Source: Auanema rhodensis (lineage: Eukaryota > Animalia > Nematoda). From it: 64,000 nt of DNA. Below, piece by piece: positions 1 through 12,500 of this stretch. The translations under genes and the position numbers were made by a program. Every line of letters begins with the position of its first letter. Position 1 is the stretch's first letter. The notes below the pieces were generated by a model. The model saw nothing but the letters and a program-made list of their open reading frames with translations, was not told the DNA's origin and did no database searches. The stretch covers positions 744,001 to 808,000 of the forward strand of contig CAXKVF010000077.1 in assembly GCA_964057225.1 (NCBI GenBank). The letters are read 5' to 3'.

Positions 1-3000
1 GGGGAATCTAATTTTGAAAACCGCATCTCTTTATCTTTTACGTGAAGCGAGTTACATACCAAGTGCACATCACGTGTACATTTAATTAGCATAAATTAAA
101 GTTCACGTAAATTTCAAAGTCATGGTTACCATGCACCAATATCAATAAAATATTGTTTTTAGACTAATATGGACATGGGGAATCTAATTTTGAAAACCGC
201 ATCTCTTTATCTTTCACGTGAAGCGAGTTACATACCAAGTGCACATCACGTGTACATTTAATTAGCATAAATTAAAGTTCACGTAAATTTCAAAGTCATG
301 GTTACCATGAACCAATATCAATAAAAATTTGTTTTTAGACTAATATGGACATGGGGAATCTAATTTTGAAAACCGCATCTCTTTATCTTTCACGTGAAGC
401 GAGTTACATACCAAGTGCACATCACGTGTACATTTAATTAGCATAAATTAAAGTTCACGTAAATTCCAAAGTCATGGTTACCATGAACCAATATCAATAA
501 AAATTTGTTTTTAGACTAATATGGACATGGGGAATCTAATTTTGAAAACCGCATCTCTTTATCTTTCACGTGAAGCGAGTTACATACCAAGTGCACATCA
601 CGTGTACATTTAATTAGCATAGATTAAAGTTCACGTAAATTTCAAAGTCATGGTTACCATGAAGCAATATCAATAAAAATTGGTTTTTAGACTGATATGG
701 ACATGGGGAATCTAATTTTGAAAACCGCATCTCTTTATCTTCCACGTGAAGCGAGTTACATACCAAGTGCACATCACGTGTACATTTAATTAGCATAAAT
801 TAAAGTTCACGTAAAATTCAAAGTCATGGTTACCATGCACCAATATCAATAAAAATTTGTTTTTAGACTAATATGGACATGGGGAATCTAATTTTGAGAA
901 CCGCATCTCTTTATCTTTCACGTGAAGCGAGTTACATACCAAGTGCACATCACGTGTACATTTAATTAGCATAAATTAAAGTTCACGTAAATTTCAAAGT
1001 CATGGTTACCATGCACCAATATCAATAAAAATTTGTTTTTAGACTAATATGGACATGGGGAATCTAATTTTGAAAACCGCATCTCTTTATCTTCCACGTG
1101 AAGCGAGTTACATACCAAGTGCACATCACGTGTACATTTAATTAGCATAAATTAAAGTTCACGTAAAATTCAAAGTCATGGTTACCATGCACCAATATCA
1201 ATAAAAATTTGTTTTTAGACTAATATGGACATGGGGAATCTAATTTTGAGAACCGCATCTCTTTATCTTTCACGTGAAGCGAGTTACATACCAAGTGCAC
1301 ATCACGTGTACATTTAATTAGCATAAATTAAAGTTCACGTAAATTTCAAAGTCATGGTTACCATGCACCAATATCAATAAAACTTTGTTTTTAGACTAAT
1401 ATGGACATGGGGAATCTAATTTTGAAAACCGCATCTCTTTATCTTCCACGTGAAGCGAGTTACATACCAAGTGCACATCACGTGTACATTTAATTAGCAT
1501 AAATTAAAGTTCACGTAAAATTCAAAGTCATGGTTACCATGCACCAATATCAATAAAAATTTGTTTTTAGACTAATATGGACATGGGGAATCTAATTTTG
1601 AGAACCGCATCTCTTTATCTTTCACGTGAAGCGAGTTACATACCAAGTGCACATCACGTGTACATTTAATTAGCATAAATTAAAGTTCACGTAAATTTCA
1701 AAGTCATGGTTACCATGCACCAATATCAATAAAAATTTGTTTTTAGAATAATATGGACATGGGGAATCTAATTTTGAAAACCGCATCTCTTTATCTTTCA
1801 CGTGAAGCGAGTTACATACCAAGTGCACATCACGTGTACATTTAATTAGCATAGATTAAAGTTCACGTAAATTTCAAAGTCATGGTTACCATGAAGCAAT
1901 ATCAATAAAAATTTGTTTTTAGACTGATATGGACATGGGGAATCTAATTTTGAAAACCGCATCTCTTTATCTTCCACGTGAAGCGAGTTACATACCAAGT
2001 GCACATCACGTGTACATTTAATTAGCATAAATTAAAGTTCACGTAAAATTCAAAGTCATGGTTACCATGCACCAATATCAATAAAAATTTGTTTTTAGAC
2101 TAATATGGACATGGGGAATCTAATTTTGAGAACCGCATCTCTTTATCTTTCACGTGAAGCGAGTTACATACCAAGTGCACATCACGTGTACATTTAATTA
2201 GCATAAATTAAAGTTCACGTAAATTTCAAAGTCATGGTTACCATGCACCAATATCAATAAAAATTTGTTTTTAGACTAATATGGACATGGGGAATCTAAT
2301 TTTGAAAACCGCATCTCTTTATCTTTCACGTGAAGCGAGTTACATACCAAGTGCACATCACGTGTACATTTAATTAGCATAAATTAAAGTTCACGTAAAT
2401 TTCAAAGTCATGGTTACCATGCACCAATATCAATAAAAATTTGTTTTTAGACTAATATGGACATGGGGAATCTAATTTTGAAAACCGCATCTCTTTATCT
2501 TTCACGTGAAGCGAGTTACATACCAAGTGCACATCACGTGTACATTTAATTAGCATAAATTAAAGTTCACGTAAATTTCAAAGTCATGGTTACCATGAAC
2601 CAATATCAATAAAAATTTGTTTTTAGACTAATATGGACATGGGGAATCTAATTTTGAAAACCGCATCTCTTTATCTTTCACGTGAAGCGAGTTACATACC
2701 AAGTGCACATCACGTGTAGATTTAATTAGCATAAATTAAAGTTCACGTAAATTTCAAAGTCATGGTTACCATGAACCAATATCAATAAAAATTTGTTTTT
2801 AGACTAATATGGACATGGGGAATCTAATTTTGAAAACCGCATCTCTTTATCTTTCACGTGAAGCGAGTTACATACCAAGTGCACATCACGTGTACATTTA
2901 ATTAGCATAGATTAAAGTTCACGTAAATTTCAAAGTCATGGTTACCATGCACCAATATCAATAAAAATTTGTTTTTAGACTAATATGGACATGGGGAATC

Positions 3001-5632
3001 TAATTTTGAGAACCGCATCTCTTTATCTTTCACGTGAAGCGAGTTACATACCAAGTGCACATCACGTGTACATTTAATTAGCATAAATTAAAGTTCACGT
3101 AAATTTCAAAGTCATGGTTACCATGCACCAATATCAATAAAACTTTGTTTTTAGACTAATATGGACATGGGGAATCTAATTTTGAAAACCGCATCTCTTT
3201 ATCTTTTACGTGAAGCGAGTTACATACCAAGTGCACATCACGTGTACATTTAATTAGCATAAATTAAAGTTCACGTAAATTTCAAAGTCATGGTTACCAT
3301 GCACCAATATCAATAAAATATTGTTTTTAGACTAATATGGACATGGGGAATCTAATTTTGAAAACCGCATCTCTTTATCTTTCACGTGAAGCGAGTTACA
3401 TACCAAGTGCACATCACGTGTACATTTAATTAGCATAAATTAAAGTTCACGTAAATTTCAAAGTCATGGTTACCATGAACCAATATCAATAAAAATTTGT
3501 TTTTAGACTAATATGGACATGGGGAATCTAATTTTGAAAACCGCATCTCTTTATCTTTCACGTGAAGCGAGTTACATACCAAGTGCACATCACGTGTACA
3601 TTTAATTAGCATAAATTAAAGTTCACGTAAATTCCAAAGTCATGGTTACCATGAACCAATATCAATAAAAATTTGTTTTTAGACTAATATGGACATGGGG
3701 AATCTAATTTTGAAAACCGCATCTCTTTATCTTTCACGTGAAGCGAGTTACATACCAAGTGCACATCACGTGTACATTTAATTAGCATAGATTAAAGTTC
3801 ACGTAAATTTCAAAGTCATGGTTACCATGAAGCAATATCAATAAAAATTTGTTTTTAGACTGATATGGACATGGGGAATCTAATTTTGAAAACCGCATCT
3901 CTTTATCTTCCACGTGAAGCGAGTTACATACCAAGTGCACATCACGTGTACATTTAATTAGCATAAATTAAAGTTCACGTAAAATTCAAAGTCATGGTTA
4001 CCATGCACCAATATCAATAAAAATTTGTTTTTAGACTAATATGGACATGGGGAATCTAATTTTGAGAACCGCATCTCTTTATCTTTCACGTGAAGCGAGT
4101 TACATACCAAGTGCACATCACGTGTACATTTAATTAGCATAAATTAAAGTTCACGTAAATTTCAAAGTCATGGTTACCATGCACCAATATCAATAAAAAT
4201 TTGTTTTTAGACTAATATGGACATGGGGAATCTAATTTTGAAAACCGCATCTCTTTATCTTTCACGTGAAGCGAGTTACATACCAAGTGCACATCACGTG
4301 TACATTTAATTAGCATAAATTAAAGTTCACGTAAATTTCAAAGTCATGGTTACCATGCACCAATATCAATAAAAATTTGTTTTTAGACTAATATGGACAT
4401 GGGGAATCTAATTTTGAAAACCGCATCTCTTTATCTTTCACGTGAAGCGAGTTACATACCAAGTGCACATCACGTGTACATTTAATTAGCATAAATTAAA
4501 GTTCACGTAAATTCCAAAGTCATGGTTACCATGAACCAATATCAATAAAAATTTGTTTTTAGACTAATATGGACATGGGGAATCTAATTTTGAAAACCGC
4601 ATCTCTTTATCTTTCACGTGAAGCGAGTTACATACCAAGTGCACATCACGTGTACATTTAATTAGCATAGATTAAAGTTCACGTAAATTTCAAAGTCATG
4701 GTTACCATGAAGCAATATCAATAAAAATTTGTTTTTAGACTGATATGGACATGGGGAATCTAATTTTGAAAACCGCATCTCTTTATCTTCCACGTGAAGC
4801 GAGTTACATACCAAGTGCACATCACGTGTACATTTAATTAGCATAAATTAAAGTTCACGTAAAATTCAAAGTCATGGTTACCATGCACCAATATCAATAA
4901 AAATTTGTTTTTAGACTAATATGGACATGGGGAATCTAATTTTGAGAACCGCATCTCTTTATCTTTCACGTGAAGCGAGTTACATACCAAGTGCACATCA
5001 CGTGTACATTTAATTAGCATAAATTAAAGTTCACGTAAATTTCAAAGTCATGGTTACCATGCACCAATATCAATAAAAATTTGTTTTTAGACTAATATGG
5101 ACATGGGGAATCTAATTTTGAAAACCGCATCTCTTTATCTTCCACGTGAAGCGAGTTACATACCAAGTGCACATCACGTGTACATTTAATTAGCATAGAT
5201 TAAAGTTCACGTAAATTTCAAAGTCATGGTTACCATGAAGCAATATCAATAAAAATTTGTTTTTAGACTGATATGGACATGGGGAATCTAATTTTGAAAA
5301 CCGCATCTCTTTATCTTCCACGTGAAGCGAGTTACATACCAAGTGCACATCACGTGTACATTTAATTAGCATAAATTAAAGTTCACGTAAAATTCAAAGT
5401 CATGGTTACCATGCACCAATATCAATAAAAATTTGTTTTTAGACTAATATGGACATGGGGAATCTAATTTTGAGAACCGCATCTCTTTATCTTTCACGTG
5501 AAGCGAGTTACATACCAAGTGCACATCACGTGTACATTTAATTAGCATAAATTAAAGTTCACGTAAATTTCAAAGTCATGGTTACCATGCACCAATATCA
5601 ATAAAACTTTGTTTTTAGACTAATATGGACAT
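1..5632. repeat. Variant domain 1 (M1-M32): irregular higher-order repeat built on the trimer [p94G+AAG+p166G][p38C+p112A][p18G]
   Basis: The trimer starts at 529, 1761, 3697, 4577 and 5105. The dimer [38C,112A][18G] is tandem x3 at 705-1760. M1-M6 (1-1056) is copied at M19-M24 (3169-4224). Confidence 0.9.
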
Positions 5633-6512
5633 GGGGAATCTAATTTTGAAAACCGCATCTCTTTATCTTTCACGTGAAGCGAGTTACATACCAAGTGCAC
5701 ATCACGTGTACATTTAATTAGCATAAATTAAAGTTCACGTAAATTTCAAAGTCATGGTTACCATGAACCAATATCAATAAAAATTTGTTTTTAGACTAAT
5801 ATGGACATGGGGAATCTAATTTTGAAAACCGTATCTCTTTATCTTTCACGTGAAGCGAGTTACATACCAAGTGCACATCACGTGTAGATTTAATTAGCAT
5901 AAATTAAAGTTCACGTAAATTTCAAAGTCATGGTTACCATGAACCAATATCAATAAAAATTTGTTTTTAGACTAATATGGACATGGGGAATCTAATTTTG
6001 AAAACCGCATCTCTTTATCTTTCACGTGAAGCGAGTTACATACCAAGTGCACATCACGTGTACATTTAATTAGCATAGATTAAAGTTCACGTAAATTTCA
6101 AAGTCATGGTTACCATGAAGCAATATCAATAAAAATTTGTTTTTAGACTAATATGGACATGGGGAATCTAATTTTGAAAACCGCATCTCTTTATCTTTCA
6201 CGTGAAGCGAGTTACATACCAAGTGCACATCACGTGTACATTTAATTAGCATAAATTAAAGTTCACGTAAATTTCAAAGTCATGGTTACCATGAACCAAT
6301 ATCAATAAAAATTTGTTTTTAGACTAATATGGACATGGGGAATCTAATTTTGAAAACCGCATCTCTTTATCTTTCACGTGAAGCGAGTTACATACCAAGT
6401 GCACATCACGTGTACATTTAATTAGCATAAATTAAAGTTCACGTAAATTTCAAAGTCATGGTTACCATAAACTAATATCAATAAAAATTTGTTTTTAGAC
6501 TAATATGGACAT

Positions 6513-9504
6513 GGGGAATCTAATTTTGAAAACCGCATCTCTTTATCTTTCACGTGAAGCGAGTTACATACCAAGTGCACATCACGTGTACATTTAATTA
6601 GCATAGATTAAAGTTCACGTAAATTTCAAAGTCATGGTTACCATGAAGCAATATCAATAAAAATTTGTTTTTAGACTAATATGGACATGGGGAATCTAAT
6701 TTTGAAAACCGCATCTCTTTATCTTTCACGTGAAGCGAGTTACATACCAAGTGCACATCACGTGTACATTTAATTAGCATAAATTAAAGTTCACGTAAAT
6801 TTCAAAGTCATGGTTACCATGAACCAATATCAATAAAAATTTGTTTTTAGACTAATATGGACATGGGGAATCTAATTTTGAAAACCGCATCTCTTTATCT
6901 TTCACGTGAAGCGAGTTACATACCAAGTGTACATCACGTGTACATTTAATTAGCATAGATTAAAGTTCACGTAAATTTCAAAGTCATGGTTACCATGAAG
7001 CAATATCAATAAAAATTTGTTTTTAGACTAATATGGACATGGGGAATCTAATTTTGAAAACCGCATCTCTTTATCTTTCACGTGAAGCGAGTTACATACC
7101 AAGTGCACATCACGTGTACATTTAATTAGCATAAATTAAAGTTCACGTAAATTTCAAAGTCATGGTTACCATGAACCAATATCAATAAAAATTTGTTTTT
7201 AGACTAATATGGACATGGGGAATCTAATTTTGAAAACCGCATCTCTTTATCTTTCACGTGAAGCGAGTTACATACCAAGTTCACATCACGTGTACATTTA
7301 ATTAGCATAAATTAAAGTTCACGTAAATTTCAAAGTCATGGTTACCATGCACCAATATCAATAAAAATTTGTTTTTAGACTAATATGGACATGGGGAATC
7401 TAATTTTGAAAACCGCATATCTTTATCTTTCACGTGAAGCGAGTTACATACCAAGTGCACATCACGTGTACATTTAATTAGCATAAATTAAAGTTCACGT
7501 AAATTTCAAAGTCATGGTTACCATGAACCAATATCAATAAAAATTTGTTTTTAGACTAATATGGACATGGGGAATCTAATTTTGAAAACCGCATCTCTTT
7601 ATCTTTCACGTGAAGCGAGTTACATACCAAGTGCACATCACGTGTACATTTAATTAGCATAAATTAAAGTTCACGTAAATTTCAAAGTCATGGTTACCAT
7701 GCACCAATATCAATAAAACTTTGTTTTTAGACTAATATGGACATGGGGAATCTAATTTTGAAAACCGCATCTCTTTATCTTTCACGTGAAGCGAGTTACA
7801 TACCAAGTGCACATCACGTGTACATTTAATTAGCATAAATTAAAGTTCACGTAAATTTCAAAGTCATGGTTACCATGAACCAATATCAATAAAAATTTGT
7901 TTTTAGACTAATATGGACATGGGGAATCTAATTTTGAAAACCGCATCTCTTTATCTTTCACGTGAAGCGAGTTACATACCAAGTGCACATCACGTGTACA
8001 TTTAATTAGCATAAATTAAAGTTCACGTAAATTTCAAAGTCATGGTTACCATGCACCAATATCAATAAAACTTTGTTTTTAGACTAATATGGACATGGGG
8101 AATCTAATTTTGAAAACCGCATCTCTTTATCTTTCACGTGAAGCGAGTTACATACCAAGTGCACATCACGTGTACATTTAATTAGCATAAATTAAAGTTC
8201 ACGTAAATTTCAAAGTCATGGTTACCATGAACCAATATCAATAAAAATTTGTTTTTAGACTAATATGGACATGGGGAATCTAATTTTGAAAACCGCATCT
8301 CTTTATCTTTCACGTGAAGCGAGTTACATACCAAGTGCACATCACGTGTAGATTTAATTAGCATAAATTAAAGTTCACGTAAATTTCAAAGTCATGGTTA
8401 CCATGAACCAATATCAATAAAAATTTGTTTTTAGACTAATATGGACATGGGGAATCTAATTTTGAAAACCGCATCTCTTTATCTTTCACGTGAAGCGAGT
8501 TACATACCAAGTGCACATCACGTGTACATTTAATTAGCATAGATTAAAGTTCACGTAAATTTCAAAGTCATGGTTACCATGAAGCAATATCAATAAAAAT
8601 TTGTTTTTAGACTAATATGGACATGGGGAATCTAATTTTGAAAACCGCATCTCTTTATCTTTCACGTGAAGCGAGTTACATACCAAGTGCACATCACGTG
8701 TACATTTAATTAGCATAAATTAAAGTTCACGTAAATTTCAAAGTCATGGTTACCATGAACCAATATCAATAAAAATTTGTTTTTAGACTAATATGGACAT
8801 GGGGAATCTAATTTTGAAAACCGCATCTCTTTATCTTTCACGTGAAGCGAGTTACATACCAAGTGTACATCACGTGTACATTTAATTAGCATAGATTAAA
8901 GTTCACGTAAATTTCAAAGTCATGGTTACCATGAAGCAATATCAATAAAAATTTGTTTTTAGACTAATATGGACATGGGGAATCTAATTTTGAAAACCGC
9001 ATCTCTTTATCTTTCACGTGAAGCGAGTTACATACCAAGTGCACATCACGTGTACATTTAATTAGCATAAATTAAAGTTCACGTAAATTTCAAAGTCATG
9101 GTTACCATGAACCAATATCAATAAAAATTTGTTTTTAGACTAATATGGACATGGGGAATCTAATTTTGAAAACCGCATCTCTTTATCTTTCACGTGAAGC
9201 GAGTTACATACCAAGTTCACATCACGTGTACATTTAATTAGCATAAATTAAAGTTCACGTAAATTTCAAAGTCATGGTTACCATGCACCAATATCAATAA
9301 AAATTTGTTTTTAGACTAATATGGACATGGGGAATCTAATTTTGAAAACCGCATATCTTTATCTTTCACGTGAAGCGAGTTACATACCAAGTGCACATCA
9401 CGTGTACATTTAATTAGCATAAATTAAAGTTCACGTAAATTTCAAAGTCATGGTTACCATGAAGCAATATCAATAAAAATTTGTTTTTAGACTAATATGG
9501 ACAT
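6513..9504. repeat. Six-monomer block duplicated at 11-monomer (1936-bp) offset: M38-M43 and M49-M54
   Basis: Same ordered markers 94G, 66T+94G (GTGTACATC), 65T (AAGTTCAC) and 27A (GCATATCT) at 6513-7568 and 8449-9504. Confidence 0.85.
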
Positions 9505-12500
9505 GGGGAATCTAATTTTGAAAACCGCATCTCTTTATCTTTCACGTGAAGCGAGTTACATACCAAGTGCACATCACGTGTACATTTAATTAGCATAAAT
9601 TAAAGTTCACGTAAATTTCAAAGTCATGGTTACCATGAACCAATATCAATAAAAATTTGTTTTTAGACTAATATGGACATGGGGAATCTAATTTTGAAAA
9701 CCGCATCTCTTTATCTTTCACGTGAAGCGAGTTACATACCAAGTTCACATCACGTGTACATTTAATTAGCATAAATTAAAGTTCACGTAAATTTCAAAGT
9801 CATGGTTACCATGCACCAATATCAATAAAAATTTGTTTTTAGACTAATATGGACATGGGGAATCTAATTTTGAAAACCGCATATCTTTATCTTTCACGTG
9901 AAGCGAGTTACATACCAAGTGCACATCACGTGTACATTTAATTAGCATAAATTAAAGTTCACGTAAATTTCAAAGTCATGGTTACCATGAACCAATATCA
10001 ATAAAAATTTGTTTTTAGACTAATATGGACATGGGGAATCTAATTTTGAAAACCGCATCTCTTTATCTTTCACGTGAAGCGAGTTACATACCAAGTGCAC
10101 ATCACGTGTACATTTAATTAGCATAAATTAAAGTTCACGTAAATTTCAAAGTCATGGTTACCATGAACCAATATCAATAAAAATTTGTTTTTAGACTAAT
10201 ATGGACATGGGGAATCTAATTTTGAAAACCGCATCTCTTTATCTTTCACGTGAAGCGAGTTACATACCAAGTGCACATCACGTGTACATTTAATTAGCAT
10301 AAATTAAAGTTCACGTAAATTTCAAAGTCATGGTTACCATAAACTAATATCAATAAAAATTTGTTTTTAGACTAATATGGACATGGGGAATCTAATTTTG
10401 AAAACCGCATCTCTTTATCTTTCACGTGAAGCGAGTTACATACCAAGTGCACATCACGTGTACATTTAATTAGCATAGATTAAAGTTCACGTAAATTTCA
10501 AAGTCATGGTTACCATGAAGCAATATCAATAAAAATTTGTTTTTAGACTAATATGGACATGGGGAATCTAATTTTGAAAACCGCATCTCTTTATCTTTCA
10601 CGTGAAGCGAGTTACATACCAAGTGCACATCACGTGTACATTTAATTAGCATAAATTAAAGTTCACGTAAATTTCAAAGTCATGGTTACCATGAACCAAT
10701 ATCAATAAAAATTTGTTTTTAGACTAATATGGACATGGGGAATCTAATTTTGAAAACCGCATCTCTTTATCTTTCACGTGAAGCGAGTTACATACCAAGT
10801 GCACATCACGTGTACATTTAATTAGCATAAATTAAAGTTCACGTAAATTTCAAAGTCATGGTTACCATGCACCAATATCAATAAAACTTTGTTTTTAGAC
10901 TAATATGGACATGGGGAATCTAATTTTGAAAACCGCATCTCTTTATCTTTCACGTGAAGCGAGTTACATACCAAGTGCACATCACGTGTACATTTAATTA
11001 GCATAAATTAAAGTTCACGTAAATTTCAAAGTCATGGTTACCATGAACCAATATCAATAAAAATTTGTTTTTAGACTAATATGGACATGGGGAATCTAAT
11101 TTTGAAAACCGCATCTCTTTATCTTTCACGTGAAGCGAGTTACATACCAAGTGCACATCACGTGTACATTTAATTAGCATAAATTAAAGTTCACGTAAAT
11201 TTCAAAGTCATGGTTACCATGAACCAATATCAATAAAAATTTGTTTTTAGACTAATATGGACATGGGGAATCTAATTTTGAAAATCGCATCTCTTTATCT
11301 TTCACGTGAAGCGAGTTACATACCAAGTGCACATCACGTGTACATTTAGTTAGCATAAATTAAAGTTCACGTAAATTTCAAAGTCATGGTTACCATGCAC
11401 CAATATCAATAAAAATTTGTTTTTAGACTAATATGGACATGGGGAATCTAATTTTGAAAACCGCATCTCTTTATCTTTCACGTGAAGCGAGTTACATACC
11501 AAGTGCACATCACGTGTACATTTAATTAGCATAAATTAAAGTTCACGTAAATTTCAAAGAAATGGTTACCATGCACCAATATCAATAAAAATTTGTTTTT
11601 AGACTAATATGGACATGGGGAATCTAATTTTGAAAACCGCATCTCTTTATCTTTCACGTGAAGCGAGTTACATACCAAGTGCACATCACGTGTACATTTA
11701 ATTAGCATAAATTAAAGTTCACGTAAATTTCAAAGTCATGGTTACCATGCAACAATATCAATAAAAATTCGTTTTTAGACTAATATGGACATGGGGAATC
11801 TAATTTTGAAAACCGCATCTCTTTATCTTTCACGTGAAGCGAGTTACATACCAAGTGCACATCACGTGTACATTTAATTAGCATAAATTAAAGTTCACGT
11901 AAATTTCAAAGTCATGGTTACCATGAACCAATATCAATAAAAATTTGTTTTTAGACTAATATGGACATGGGGAATCTAATTTTGAAAACCGCATCTCTTT
12001 ATCTTTCACGTGAAGCGAGTTACATACCAAGTGCACATCACGTGTACATTTAATTAGCATAAATTAAAGTTCACGTAAATTTCAAAGTCATGGTTACCAT
12101 GAAGCAATATCAATAAAAATTTGTTTTTAGACTAATATGGACATGGGGAATCTAATTTTGAAAACCGCATCTCTTTATCTTTCACGTGAAGCGAGTTACA
12201 TACCAAGTGCACATCACGTGTACATTTAATTAGCATAAATTAAAGTTCACGTAAATTTCAAAGTCATGGTTACCATGAACCAATATCAATAAAAATTTGT
12301 TTTTAGACTAATATGGACATGGGGAATCTAATTTTGAAAACCGCATCTCTTTATCTTTCACGTGCAGCGAGTTACATACCAAGTGCACATCACGTGTACA
12401 TTTAATTAGCATAAATTAAAGTTCACGTAAAATTCAAAGTCATGGTTACCATGCACCAATATCAATAAAAATTTGTTTTTAGACTAATATGGACATGGGG

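Noticed and set aside
144-149. AATAAA polyadenylation signal in each monomer
   Set aside because: Expected by chance in 68% AT DNA, with no gene context.
81-161. Helically phased A-tracts giving intrinsic curvature
   Set aside because: A/T tracts are present, but their spacing (e.g. AAATT at p93, p109, p149) is not a clear 10-11-bp phase by eye; it cannot be supported without a curvature computation.
614-5372. Six 60-aa minus-strand ORFs (MLIKCTRDVHLVCNSLHV...)
   Set aside because: They are translations of the satellite. The consensus has a minus-strand TAG (plus-strand CTA, p164-166); ORFs reach 60 aa only where 166G (to CAG) or 164A (to TAT) removes it. They span a monomer junction, overlap each other and have no recognisable domain.
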